From: Geosiphon pyriformis uo1
Lineage: Eukaryota > Fungi > Glomeromycota
Length of the DNA: 64,000 nt
Assembly: GCA_016748015.1 (NCBI GenBank)
Contig: JAAOMT010000299.1
Span: 310,001-374,000, forward strand
Direction of reading: 5' to 3'
Each line of letters begins with the position of its first letter. Within the stretch, counting starts at the first letter, position 1. Below are positions 1 to 13,500 of the stretch, piece after piece. The notes below the pieces were generated by a model. It was not told the DNA's origin, searched no databases, and was given only the letters and a program-made list of their open reading frames with translations. Made by a program: the position numbers and the translations under genes.

Positions 1-312
1 AGAATTGGAGACAAAGTATTACTACATTGTACCAAAGCAGAAAAACAGTGGAGTGGAAAATTCAACCCCAAATGGAACGGACCATTTTACATAAAAGAAA
101 TTCTAGGAAATAAAGCTTACAAATTAAGATTGGATAACAAAATTTTAACCAAAGCAGCACATGGAGATCGACTAAAACCATACCACAACATCACACTACC
201 ATCTACCAGTAATATTCCACAATTAGGGGTACAGAGAATACTAGTTTGATCAGATGAGATTCCACGAGATCTGGAACCAATTGTTATTATTAACAACAAC
301 ACGTTAAATTGA
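1..312 (+). pseudogene. Integrase C-terminus of element A (partial, one internal TGA)
   Basis: Collinear with the IN tail of element B, including KAAHG.RLK and IPRDLEPIV. Confidence 0.85.
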
Positions 313-336
313 TCCATCCAAAGAATATATAAAAAC

Positions 337-996
337 ATGGTAGATGTGACAGGAAATATCAGAAAAATAGAAATTACAAACAACATTTACTCACTAGCAC
401 AACAACTCTTTCAATTAATCCAACACCAGGAAATGAAGATTACAATCAATCAACAAACCATCCAATATCAAGATACTAGAAAGACATTTCAACTCAGAAC
501 ACAGAAGAAAACTAAAAATACTGTGGACAAACTTATTGCAAAAGTAAAATTAGCAATAAAAGAGGTGACAAAAGAGTCACTATATCAAGAATTGACTAAA
601 GAAACTTGGAATTGGTGGATACAACAATTTTCATAAAACTATTGTTATTTTTACTTGGGACAACATGTAAATATCCAGAATCTATATATGGATAAAACAA
701 AATGATTATTCGACAAAAAAATACTACAACAATTAGAACATTTTGTGGGAAAGAACAACTTATCCACACAGGCCTGAGCCATATACTGAATACACACAGT
801 ATTTCAGGATAGACCAGAAATATTGCTTAACAAAGCAATGGATATGGTTACCAGTAATCAATTGGGAAAAATCACTAATGCTCAATTTGAAGAATTACAA
901 ACCCAAATAACACAAGTAATTCTTGAAAATAAAATCCAGGAAATACTTCAAAAGAGGGAATTACATGAATTGGATTTTGACGGAGCTCAATATTAA
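337..996 (+). pseudogene. ORF3 of element A (219 aa, unknown function)
   Basis: Single frame from ATG337 to TAA996 with 4 internal stops (TAA/TGA, consistent with CAA/CGA decay). Aligns along its length with 26593-27261. Confidence 0.85.
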
Positions 997-1009
997 AAGA
1001 AGGGAATAA

Positions 1010-1878
1010 TGTTACTCATAGAAATATAGGAAATATATTAGTTTAATTATTAGCCAATCAGAAGTAGACATAGTAAATATGGAATTCCAGGATTTCTCTC
1101 AGGAATTGCAGGATTCCAGGAATTTCAGGATTCCTTAACGAGGAATTGCAGGATTCCAGAATTCCTGGATTCCTCTCAAAAGAATCACAGGATTCCAGGA
1201 ATTCCAGGATTCCTGTTGTGAAGAATTGAGGAATTGAGGAATCTCAATTATGTATATATAGCAGTAGTGTTTGAAACAGAAAAGACAGAATCGATACTAC
1301 AAAATTCTTAGCCTAGAAATGCAATCATCAAATAAATAATTATTTTATATCTCAATTAACTTCCCCACTATCAACCCTTCATGTTGATAGTAATTGATAC
1401 TTAACCATGCTGGAACAATAGCTCTTGATCACAGCTATTGACGGAATATTAATCTGCAAATTATCTTGGCTTATTTCTTGGCTTTCTTTATTTTCTTTTA
1501 TTTCTTTTTTTTTTTGTTTTATTTTGATTTGTTGTTGTATACTAATTGATTAAAAATTAAGTGCTGAGTTATTGACGTCAAGAATAGCCTGGTAAAAGAC
1601 CCAGAAATATGAGTAAGATTTTATATATTATTGGATAGCTTACCAGAAGGGCATGACTGCCAGACTAAATCTGGCCACCACATTGAGAAAGAAATTGGGA
1701 AAACTCTTGGAAAGATACATCTACTATCAACACTATTGAATCTCTGTCTATTATACAAAGAACTCAATCAAAACCTTCAGATACAATACCTTTAGAACAT
1801 CATCAACAGCAATAGCTTTTGAGCACCAAGTTACAGGTTTGTTATTTAATTTAACAGCAGAAATAATCATCTATAACA
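1010..1878 (+). repeat. 3' LTR of element A
   Basis: TG..CA termini, GGAATTCC/GGATTCC array at 1081-1245, TATA-like tatgtatatatag at ~1249, AATAAA at 1331. Homologous to the other A-family LTRs in the window. Confidence 0.9.
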
Positions 1879-3745
1879 CCGGTCATTCAAATGAGAAACG
1901 GTAGGAGAATCAGTCGTCATTGAAGAAAAAACCAAACCAGAATGCAAACTAGCACCAACCAAACCAGAGGGAACCACACAAGAAGGAGAGCCACCAGCAA
2001 CTTGGGCTCATGTTTTACCACCAAATGAGACTGGACGAGCAATAAGAGCTGACTTTTTCTTATATATTCTAGCCAGACAAATCTGATCTTGATCAAAAAC
2101 TACTCTCTTTCCATGAACACCAGAATTCTTACCCAAGGAACAGTTGACTGTAACATGACCAAATTGTTTACAATGAGTACAACTGGCCAAAGAAAGACCA
2201 GCCCACTGCAAACTCACACCCTTGAAAACTGGAACAGTACCAATAGCAGCCAACTTGAATGCCTCATTACCAAAACAAATTACAGTACATCTATCACAAA
2301 CATATGAATCAGGATTACAGCCAATGAAACAAGTCTTCTTACCATATGATTCCAACAAACTGGAAAGGTCATGAGTAGTAGTGCCAACTGGAAGAGTATA
2401 AAGCAAAGCCTGATGCTGATCCCTTAATACCCATGTTTGTTTATTACTGACTGCCAAAGCCACATGCACCAAATCTTTTCCCATGAGGACTGACTATTTG
2501 GATGCAACCAGACTAGCTACTTCAGATGATTCAAACTCAACCAGGGCCTTTTGCCAAAGACCAATCAGCTGCATTTTGATCAAAACAATTTTGCCGAATT
2601 TAAAAAATGCTGAATCCACTGCCGATTTGGGAAGATCTACTGGGATCTTCTTGACAATCACTTCCCAATCTGAATGGCTGTTTACTTTCCTTAGATCATC
2701 ATTTACCAAAATCTTCTCACTAATTGCCATTTCCCTTGTCTTAATTAAGCTTTTTTCAGATGTAAATGATGATCTTATTATTCCTGGAAATTTTGAGGGA
2801 GTTAAAGCTCCCCCAAATCTATTAATTTGATAAAAGATTTTTTTAACTGCCATTAACTTATCAACATTTGTCTTCCCAGGCACCACCAAAACCTCAATAT
2901 CTAATGCAAAAGATTTTATTGGCTCAAAATTCCTTTTTTCCGGAGCACGTGACCTAATATGTGGCACTTGATTGGCACCATCAAATTTAGAGGGAGGAAG
3001 CTCCAGTGCATTGTCGTCATCACTCATACAGTCGAACAAAAGTCGCTTTGATGAGATGCCTAGCACGTACGTTAGAGTACAAGTCTTCCTCGGCATATTT
3101 TCATCTATGCCATCGTCTTCACCTGATTCCGCATAGCTGGTTTTCTCGGCCACTGTGTTTGCCATATTTTCGACATCTGAGAAACCACTGACACTACTAG
3201 CAACACTGCCAATCTCACTGTCCCAGAACACCACAGGCTTGGCACCAGCACCACTAATATCTTCCAGACTCAGTGATCCAGCAGACGAGTTAATCACACT
3301 ACCAGCAGCAGGCTTCTTTGGTTTCTTGTAAGATGCACTCTGAGAGTAGACTGTATCTACATGCTTCTTTTTTGCACTCTGGTGGGTTCTCAAACCAGCC
3401 GAAACTGAGCCAGAACCACCAGCAGAAGAGCCTACTGGTTCTATTGCAACAAATAGAAGTATAGTAGAAGAAATAACTTGATGAACGAAGGGTAAAGGAA
3501 TAAAGTAAAGTGATTTCTCTTAAAAATTTTCTCACTTTCACAGCAGCCAGGGGATCGACAAGAGAAAAAAAAATTATTTTTATTCTAGTCTTTAAATCCA
3601 CGATAAAAAGATTGTTGTTTAAAGAAATATTGAAAAAACTAACAAGAAAAAATAAAAAACTTTTTTTCAGAAAATGTGCTTTTTGAGGATTTTTGGTGGT
3701 AGGAAAGAAAGAAGTTTTTTAACTTATTGTTTATTATTTTATTTT
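1879..3745 (-). mobile_element. LINE 5' portion (5' UTR + ORF1), truncated by element A
   Basis: ORFs 2494-3393 and 2008-2484 are in one frame split by TAG. Zinc knuckle CTHCKQFGHVTVNC. Homologous to 56857-57237, which lies upstream of an EN-RT ORF2. Confidence 0.85.
2008..3393 (-). pseudogene. LINE ORF1 (RRM-like + CCHC nucleic-acid chaperone)
   Basis: RRM-like segment (VIVKKIPVDL..FGKIV..QKALVEF) plus a CCHC knuckle, with in-frame stops. True start uncertain. Confidence 0.8.
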
Positions 3746-4807
3746 TATTATATATTAATTATATTTTTTTGTAATTAGTTTGGTTTTTTTATTTATAATA
3801 ATAATAATTAATAATTTAATATTACTTTAAATTAATTTTATAATAAATTATAATTTATCAAAAATATAAAACAATGTCTAATTTTATTTTATAAGTAAGT
3901 AATATAAATTAGATTAATTACAGTTAAAACATTTATATTATATTATTAAAAAACAATAGATAATAATATTAATATTAATATAAAAGACTTTAATAAATAA
4001 GATTCAAATACTATTTAATATAAAATTATCTATAATAATAGTTTTAACAAATATAAATAAAAATCCAAGCTTTATTTTTTATAAAAAAAAACTGGTTTTA
4101 AAACATTATAATTATACCAAAAATATTAAAAAAAACCTTTTAATTTTTAAAAAAATTATTATTTTATATAGTAAAAATTTAAATATTGTTTTTTAATTGT
4201 CTTATTTAAATAAAAGTAAAAAAAACCAAAAAAAATAAATTAATTATTAATTTTTTATTAAATATTTTAAGACTTTTAAATAAAATTAAAAAAACTTCTA
4301 ACCAAAAACAAAAATAATAATTTAAAATTAATATAAATTGGGTTTTAATTATTTTATTTAAAAAATATATTTTTATAAAAACTATTAAATAATTTTAATA
4401 ATGTAAATATTTTATTAATAAAAATATTATTAATTGTTTTAAAAAATAAAATAATTACAACTTTTTATTTGTTATTTTAGTTGTCATTATAAAAATATAA
4501 AAAAACCAAATTTAGATTATATAATTTTATATATATTAAAATAATATAATAAAAATTAAAATTAATAAAATTAACTAAAAATTTTAATAATAAAACAATA
4601 AACTAAATATGTAATTTATTTATTTTAAAAACTTTAATAATATTATATTATAATTTTACAAAAAACCAAAATTCAATAAAAATTTAAACATATATATATA
4701 TATATTATTTTTTAATAAATTAATAAAAATATTAAAAAGTTTTATTTGTAATTATTTATTATAATTACATATTTTAAAGTTATAATTATAATATTTTAAA
4801 TATTAAT
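3746..4807. other. Extremely AT-rich spacer between two divergent LINE 5' ends
   Basis: Almost no C/G and no ORFs. Confidence 0.7.
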
Positions 4808-6498
4808 TAAATAAAAAACATAATAAAAAACTTTTTTCTTTCTTATATCTCAAATTTTTCAAAAAATATAATTTTGAAAAAAGAATTTTTTGTTTTTTTT
4901 GTTGTTTTTTTTCAATATTTTTTAATTTAATAACCTTTTTGTTGTGAATTTGGAATTTGTTTTAAGTGATAATATGTTTAAGAAAAAAATATCCAAAAAT
5001 GCTTTTTATAGACCTGCTAATAGCTTTTTTTTTTTAAAAAAAAAATTATTCTCAATAATATTAAGTATTTTGATAATAAGAAAGACATTTTTTTAGTTAA
5101 GTTAAGTTTTAGTAATGATATGTTTTTAGATATAAATGGTAATTCTAGTAATGATAAAGACAGTAGTTTTGTGACTGATATTGGTAGTAATTTTTTTCTT
5201 GGTTTAATTGTTACTATTCCTAAAACCAAAAAGTAATGTTTGATATAGTTTGTGATTTCTTTTTTGGTTTTTTTAATTTTAATATAAATAAAGAAGTTGG
5301 ATCTTTTCTATCTTCTCTTAGTATCTCATTGAACAGAAAATAAATTGATTTCAAAATATTAAAAACTCCAATTAAAGTATTAGTTAAGAAATTTTTTGTC
5401 TTAAATATCAATTTCTTAGCTATAGAAAACAAATCAGCAACAACAAAAACTCAGCTCATCAAAAAAATTTTTTCTTTAATCAATAGTTTTGAAAAGGTTA
5501 TTACTTTTTTAAAATTTGAAAGAATTATTAAATTAACATTTTATATTAGAAAAAAGCATAAAAAAGACTGTGTTATTGGCCAGAAAAAAAATTGTTATAA
5601 ATAATAATGTTAAAAGACAAAAAATTAAATCAAATTAGGCTATAGTAATCAAAAAAAGTCTTATAAATATGCCAAAAGATAAGATCATTATTATAGTAGC
5701 TGAGTATAGTTAGATAGTATTAATTTACTTATAATTAATTAAACTATAGCAGAAAACTATAGTAAAATTTCCCAAATTAAGTTAGACAAATTTGCTAACA
5801 GTTAAGTAGTTATTTTTTATTGAAAAAAATTTGGTAAAAGTAATTAAAGCTGTGAAAAATCATAATACATAGATGTTTAAGTATTAATTCAAAACACTTT
5901 TATTTATCTTACTTATAAGAATAACAGTTTATAATTTAAGTACTTTGTTAGAAGAAGCTAATAAAAAAACTTGTATTATCAATTAATTAATTGAAACAGA
6001 CAATAGAGTTTATTGTACTGTGGTTGGTTTTAAATTAAATAAAAATCTGGAATTTGCATTTTATATAAAACTAATATTTGGTGATATAAAACTCTCTTGA
6101 GCTAGATTGAAGTTAATACACTATAAAAAGTATAAATGTTTTGGATATTTTTTTCTTGTGTGTAACTTTTTTAATTTATTTGCTCTAATTTAAAAAAAAA
6201 TTTATAAAAAGTTTGTTTCAAATCAAAATTGTTTTTAACTTGCCTATTTCTATATAAGAAAAAATATGTCCATTTTCTAACCAGTTATTTTTAATAGCAA
6301 GTTTTGAACCCAAATAGTGTTTTCAACAACTGTTCTTAATAATATTTATTCTGTTTTATTTTTTGGACTTTTTTTTTCTGGTGCTTTATCTCTTGACAAT
6401 GAAATCTTTAATTTTTAAGATATGTCTGTAATTAATAAGCAATTGGCTTCTTTGGAATGTTTTTTGAAGCTTTTAGTTAACTAAATATCTAGTATTAT
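4808..6498 (+). mobile_element. Heavily decayed LINE 5' portion (5' UTR + ORF1 remnant)
   Basis: 4808-4955 is inverted-homologous to 3590-3745. 5380-6320 translates to decayed versions of KSFALDI / TPSKF.GII / PV.FGGKTW. Confidence 0.75.
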
Positions 6499-9400
6499 TG
6501 TTACTTATAAAAATAGAAATCATAATAAGTAAAAATAGCCAATAAAAAAAAGTGTAATAAAAAAAGGAATTGCAAAATTTCAAAATTCCAAAATTTTAAG
6601 ATTCTTCTTAAGGAATTGCAAAATTGCAAAATTCTAAGATTTCTTTTAAAAAAATTGAAAAATTTTAAGAAATTTTGTATAATACAAATTATGTATATAT
6701 AGCAAGAGTATTAAAAACAAAAAAAAATTCAAATTAGTTAGAACAGTAATTAAAGACAAATAATTATTTAATACTTTTATTTTTAAAAGATAGTTTCTAT
6801 AACTTAAAATGAAATCATACTCATATTAATAAAACATCTATTATCACTTAAATTTATGTTCTTATTGCTTGATTAAGAAATATTAATCAATTTTATACTA
6901 TCAAAAATCTATATTGATGGAATTCAATACTTAACTACACTAGACTAATAATTCTTAATTATAATTATTAACAGAATACTAATTTTTTATTTCATTTTTT
7001 TTTTGTATTTTTTTTTATTTTTTTTATATTGTTTTATTTGTTGTTTACTAATTGATTAAAGAGATTAAACACTAAGTAATTAACGTTTTTGTCAATAAAA
7101 TTTTAGTTATTAATTAACATGAAATCACTCTTATAATTTTTATTATTAAATAGTATATATTAATATTATTTTAATTATTACTTATTAGTTAATCAAATTA
7201 TCAAATATTACTATTTAATTAATAAATCAATTTGTGTAATAGAAATTAGAATAATCAAATTACACAATACTCTAAACTATATAACAATTAAAAATTCACC
7301 AAAATTTGTAATAATTTGCTAAAATAATAGATAGTTTACCAAAATAGTTAATAGTTCATTAAAATAACTTATAGTTTGTCAATATGTATTTTTAGTTCAT
7401 TAAAATTATAGCAAAAGAAAAAGTTCAAGTTTATAAACTAGTACTATAACAAATTGTATAAAAGAAGAGTTTTTTTTTTTGAGTAAATATATCTTACCAT
7501 AAATATTTTACTTTAGAATCATTTTTTCTGAGAAACAAATTTTTTAATACAAATCAAATAAAACCCAAATACTTAAAAACAAATTTATTAATTAATTTTA
7601 TTTGAAATTTCTTAAATCACAACTAATATTTTGAAAATAACTAACTACCAATTTTAGTAATTTGTTAATAACTTCAGGTCTAAACAAAAAACAATTTTTT
7701 TAATGAAATTCTATTATTTTTATATTTTTTTTATTTTTCTTTACTTTTTTTATTATAATCATTAAGGTAGTTTACAGACAAAATTTCTGTAGAAGAATTG
7801 ACTTTTATAGCAAAATAATTATACATTTTAGTAAGCTTTTAGATAAGCAATTCCTAAAAAAGAGTTGATTTTTACTACAAAGTAACTACATCAAGTAACT
7901 GACACAAAATTAGCTATTTCACATATAAATTCAACAGTTTAAATTATAAGAAATAATTTAAAGATAAATTTAGTTATCAAAAATTTACTAGCTTTTAGTA
8001 ATTGTGAATTAACAACAAACCAATATTAACAACATTTAAAAAAAGACCAAAAACCTTTGGTAATAACATTAAGAATAGTCTGGTAAAAGATTCATAAAAC
8101 AAGGATAGAAAAACTTAAGAATAGCTTACCAGAAAAACATAACTGCCAAAATAAACCAGCCATCATATTGAAGACAGAAATTGGAGAAAAACCATTAATT
8201 GAATCTCTGTTTATTATACAAAAAATACAACCAAAACCTTCAGACTTTAAAATCTTTAAAAACTACTATCATCAACAATTATTAAAGACTAAGTTACAGA
8301 TTTGTTATTATTTTAACATTCCAAATAATTACTTGTAATATTTGGTGCTTCTTGTAAGATATAATTTAATAAAAAACCAACACCAATATTAACCATTCAG
8401 AAAAGTAGCAAAATCAGAAATAATAGAAACAAACCATTTAGAATTCATCAAATCTTTATTCCAATAATATTAACAATAGTTGGGATTAATTAACAATTAT
8501 TTTCCAGCTAAATCAGTTTTCAATTTTTATATTAATAAAAGAATTATATATTTTTTAATAAAACAAACAGATTTTGAATTAGCAAAAGAAAATTTTTACA
8601 ACAAATTACTTCAATACACTAGCTTACTATTAAATTACAATTTTGCTTCAATTATTACTAAAATTAATCATAAAATTAAACAATACACTTAGCAAAAGTT
8701 TTTAATAATATTTGCAAACAAAAGACAAAAACAGAATACAAACACCAGCAAATATATCTAAACTAATACAACCATCTAACTAAAAAAAATCCAAAGTTAT
8801 TTTTCTATTACACTTATTTTATTATCATCTATTAAGAAGTACTATTTACATACTATTTAGATTCATATTATTGTTAATTGCAAAAACACTATTAACACAA
8901 GTACTGTTTTTAAAATAACCAAAAAAAAACCTAATTATTAGAAACCTATGGCAATTTTTTTAAAGAATTTAAATTATGACCAACAACTTCATTAAAATTT
9001 TGATTATTATTATTTCAACCAAATTTTGAGTTTATTAGTAATTGAATAGACACTGAATTAGAAGAAAAAAAACAGCAATCAAAAGAATAATAATTAAAAC
9101 CCAATTCTAAATAATCTGGAAATTATAACTCCAATTGTTTAAATTCAGCCAAATCTAAACAATCCAAATTCAGCTTCTATTTTTCTACAAAACTTATTTT
9201 TAGTTATCCTGATTAATCAACCATCAATAGCACCAATTGCTATTTTTTAACAATAATAACAACTTATACAAATAGCATATGTACTAATTATCAAACTTAA
9301 AAAATTTACCAATAAAGAAGACAATACTTAAACATGGCTAAATAACATAAAAAAAGTCATTACAACTAATGAATAAGATAATACCAGAGCTCTTTAAGCC

Positions 9401-9561
9401 ATTTTATACTTTTTATAAGATATTGCAAATTTATAATATCAAAGTTTTGTAAACAAACTCCAAAATTTTAACATATTTAAAACTGTATTTCTACAATATT
9501 TTAGCAATTATAATAGCATTAACCATTTGTAAACTGGTTTTACTACTATTAAGTAAAGTGA
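6499..9561 (+). mobile_element. Ty3/Gypsy element G, 5' part (5' LTR 6499-8340 split by a solo LTR, PBS, decayed gag)
   Basis: TGTTAC start, PBS tggtgcttcttgtaag at 8343, gag remnant KLKKFTNKEDN.TWLNNIKK..YFL..YQS. Confidence 0.8.
7087..8065 (+). repeat. Solo LTR (C family) inserted in the LTR of G
   Basis: Inverted copy of 9562-10504 + 13951-13981. The host LTR resumes on both sides, with a 4-bp TSD ACGT/ACAT. Confidence 0.8.
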
Positions 9562-10504
9562 TATTACCAGAAGTTTTTGGTCTTTTTTTTTAAAGACTGT
9601 TAATATTTGTTTGCTGTTAATTTACATTTTTTGGAAGCTAATAAATCTTTGATAACTGAATTTATCTTCAAATTATCTTCTATAATTTGAACTGCTGGGC
9701 TTATAAGTAAAAAGGGCAATTTTATGCCAGTTATTTTGTATAGTTAAATTGTAAGAAACATCAGCCTTTTTTCAGAAATTGTTTGTTTAAAAGCTCACTA
9801 AAAATGTGTAGTTACTTTGCTGCAAAAATCAATTTTTTTACAGAAATTTTATCTGTAAGCTACTCCAATAATTATAATAAAAAAAATAAAAAAAAATAAA
9901 AAAAATGTAAAAAAAATAAAATTTTGTTATAGAAATTGTTTTCTGTTTAGGCCTAAAGTTACTAACAAATTACTGAAATTGGTAGTTAATCAATTTTAAA
10001 AATGTTAGTTAGATTTTTGGAGAATTTCAAGTGTAAATAGTTTAAGAAATTTGGTTTTCAAGTATTTGATGTTTTTATTACTTTTTGTAAAGCTAATTAA
10101 TTCGAATTAAGATAATTCTAAGTAAGATACATTTTTTTGAAAAGAAAAGCTCTTCTTTTATACAATTTGTTATAGTACTAGTCTATTAACTTAAATTTTT
10201 TTCTTTGCTATAATTTTGACAAACTAAAGATATATTTTGACAAACTACAAATTATTTTAATGAACTATTAACTATTTCAGTAAATTATCTATTATTTTAG
10301 TGAATTTTTATGAATTTTAGTGAATTTTTAGATGTTACATAGTTTAAAGTATTGTGTAATTTAATCATCTTAATTTCTATTGTATAAATTAAATTATTAA
10401 TTAAATAGCAATATTCAATAATTTAATTAAATAATAAGTAATAATTTGAAATAATATTAATATGTTAATTAATAATAGAAATTATAAAGATAATTTTATG
10501 TTAG

Positions 10505-13500
10505 TGTTACAGGTGATTATTTGGGGTCTCAAAGCAAATAACAAACTCATAACTTGGTGCTCAATTGATCTAATAGTGTTGATATCTGAAGGTTTTAGTT
10601 GAGCTCTTTGTATAATAGACAGAGATTTAGTGGTGATGATAATAGTTTTCTGGAATCACAATTTTGCCCAATTTTTTTCTCAGCTTGGCAGCTGGATTTA
10701 CTCTGGCAGTTGTGCCCTTCTAATAAGCTATCCGATAATATATATAATTCTACTCTTATTTTTGGGTCTTTTACCAGGCTATCTGTGATGTCAATAACTC
10801 AGCACTTTTAATTCTTAATTAATTAGTAAAACAAAAAAGAAATAACAAAGAAAAATAAAAGAAAATAAAAGAAAATAAAGAAATAAACCAAGGCAATAAA
10901 TGTTAATATCTTGTCAATAGCTGTAATTAAGAGCTATTGTTCTAATATGATTAAGTATCAATTTCTATTAACATAAAATATTGATAGTAGAGAGTAAATT
11001 GTGATAGTAAATAATTATTTATTGATATTTGTGGTGTGGAAAGTTGCTTAAATTAAATTTAAACTCAGATGTCTTGAGAATTTTAATAATTATAACTTGT
11101 AAATCTAATTAACTTTGAAAGTCCTACTGACTCTCAATCTTCTTGACTAATTTTCTAGCTTCTGATACTACTGTTATATATACATAAATTTTATTGTATG
11201 AGATTCTTTGAATTCCTCAATTCTCTAACCAGAAATCCTGAAATTCTTGAAATTCTGCAATTCCTTTGAAAGGAATTCTAGAATTCTGGAATCCTGCAAT
11301 TTTTCATACGAGAATCCTGAAATTTCTGAAATTCTGCAATTCTTCTGAAAGGAATCCTGGAATTCCATTTTTACTACGTTTATTCTAATTAGCTAATTTA
11401 TGTATTAATATTTAATTTCTATATTTTATGAGTAACATTATTCTCTCCTTTAATATTGAGCTCCTGCAAAATTTTCTCTTTTTTGTATCAATGTTGTTGC
11501 TGTAATTTCTATTGCTATTTTAAATCTAATTTTATACATAACTGGAGTTTTTAACTATAGTAGTCTGTTTAGAATATCAATTTCAAATCTTGCATCTGTA
11601 TTATATGTATGTTCAGACATAATGCCCTTATTATTATTGCTAAATTGAATTAATTTCTGCTCCATTTTAAAATCTAAAAGCATGATATATTGTTTGGTGT
11701 TTGAAGTGGAGTTTGAATTTATTGTTGGCAGAGTTTAAATTGTTATTGTCATTAGTAAAGTTTGAATTGTTGTCATTATTAGCAGAGTTTGAATCAAAAT
11801 TAAGTTCCGATTTTGATTTCTCTTTGTTCTTGCTGATTGGTTCTTCTTTAAATATATGACACATGAAAGTGAATTGTGACTACATTCCAATATTTTGACT
11901 TAAGACTGTTAGGTGAGTTTTGTTAATTTATTGGTACTGTGAAAATTAGGTTTTATTGGGCTATTAAAGGTAAGTTTTCTTGTATGATAACAGTATTTGA
12001 AATTTATCAAACTTTAAATGTTCAGGTTTTTGAATAATTCCTGGAGTTTAAATTGCTAAAGATTTAACAAATTTTATTAATGATAAGTTTTTTTGTATGA
12101 TAGCGGAGTTGGAATTATTGGGTTTTTTGAATGATTGGTTCTTGAATAATCGGAGTTTTAATGAGTTTATCAAAGGTAAGTTTTAAATGTTTGGGGTTTT
12201 AATGATCAGGTTCAAAGTTTGCTGGTTTTGAATATTTGGAGTTTTAATTTCCAGATTTTCTGCAATTAGGTTTTGATAATTAAATTCTTGATCCTTTTTT
12301 TCTTTTTTTTCTGATGCCATTATCTCCCAAAAACTTGCAGTTCCAAAATCTGGTGGAGGTGGCAGTAATCAGAATCCTGATGGCATTGGTGATCACAATT
12401 TAAATCCTTTGAAGTAATTATTATAAGTTCCTAATAATTCCACTTTCTTTTGTTTACTTTGAAATGGTAGTTGTTCAAATGTTAATGTCACATTTAATGT
12501 GGATGCACTTGCTGATGTGATATTGATGGTACTTCTGGATATATAATAATATGATAAATATAGTAAAGATTCAATTCTTTGTTTTTTTCATATTGGTAAT
12601 TGTATTTTTTTTGGGATTACTATTGGTGTTTATAACTTTCCTTTACTTTTATCTGCATAGATAATGAGGAATTGTTGTTGAATGTATCTTTTAATTTCTT
12701 GATTAATTTCTCTAATGATTGATGCAAAACTGTAATTTTGTGGTAAACTGGTATGTTAGATTAATTTTGTATAGAAGTTTTCTCTTGCTAATTCAATGTT
12801 AACTGGTTTTTCCAGAAAATTTGTAATTCTTTCATTGATATAAAAGTTGAAGACTAATTCTATTGAATAATGGTTATTGGTTAAGCTTAATTGTTGGCTG
12901 TACTATTAAAATAAAAATTTAGCAAATTTTAAATAGTTTGTTTCTATTATTTCTGATTTTGCCACTTTTGGATAATTGTTGTTGATACTGGTTCTCTGTA
13001 GGATTATATCTTACAAGAAGCACCAAATGTTACAGGTAATTATTTGGAGTCTTAAAGCAAATAACAAACCCATAACTTAATGCTCAATTGATCTAATAGT
13101 GTTGATATCTAAAGGTTTTAGTTGAGCTCTTTGTATAATGGACAGAGATTTAGTGGTGATAATAGTAGTTTTCTGGAATTGCAATTCTGCCCAATTTTTT
13201 TCTCAGCTTGGCAGCCGGATTTACTTTGATAGCTATGTTCTTCTAATAAGCTATCCAATAATATATATAATTCTATTCTTATTTCTGGGTCTTTTACTAG
13301 ACTATCCATGACATCAATAACTCAGCACTTTTAATTCTTAATCAATTAATAAAACAATAAAGAAATAACAAAGAAAAATAAAAGAAAATAAAGAAATAAA
13401 CCAAGGCAATAAATGTTAGTATCCTGTCAATAGCCATAATCAAGAGTTATTGTTCCAATATGGTTAAGTATCAATTTCTATCAACATGAAGTGTTAATAG

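Larger units (their letters stand above)
1..1878 (+). mobile_element. Ty3/Gypsy LTR retrotransposon A, 3' part (integrase tail, ORF3, PPT, 3' LTR)
   Basis: Frame 1 reads IGDKVLLH..WSGKFNPKWNGPFYI..AYKL (GPY/F module). PPT aaaagaagggaataa at 995-1009, then a TGTTAC...TAACA LTR. Confidence 0.92.

Noticed and set aside
1081-1245. CRISPR-like array, or heat-shock/STAT/NF-kB sites
   Set aside because: No unique spacers; it is a tandem U3 array within an LTR. The spacing mostly does not fit nGAAnnTTCn, and no factor can be assigned from sequence.
13118-13309. LTR-internal ORF MDSLVKDPE... as the true start of gag
   Set aside because: Its frame relative to gag differs between E and H, the ATG is absent in other LTR copies, and the PBS carries a stop.
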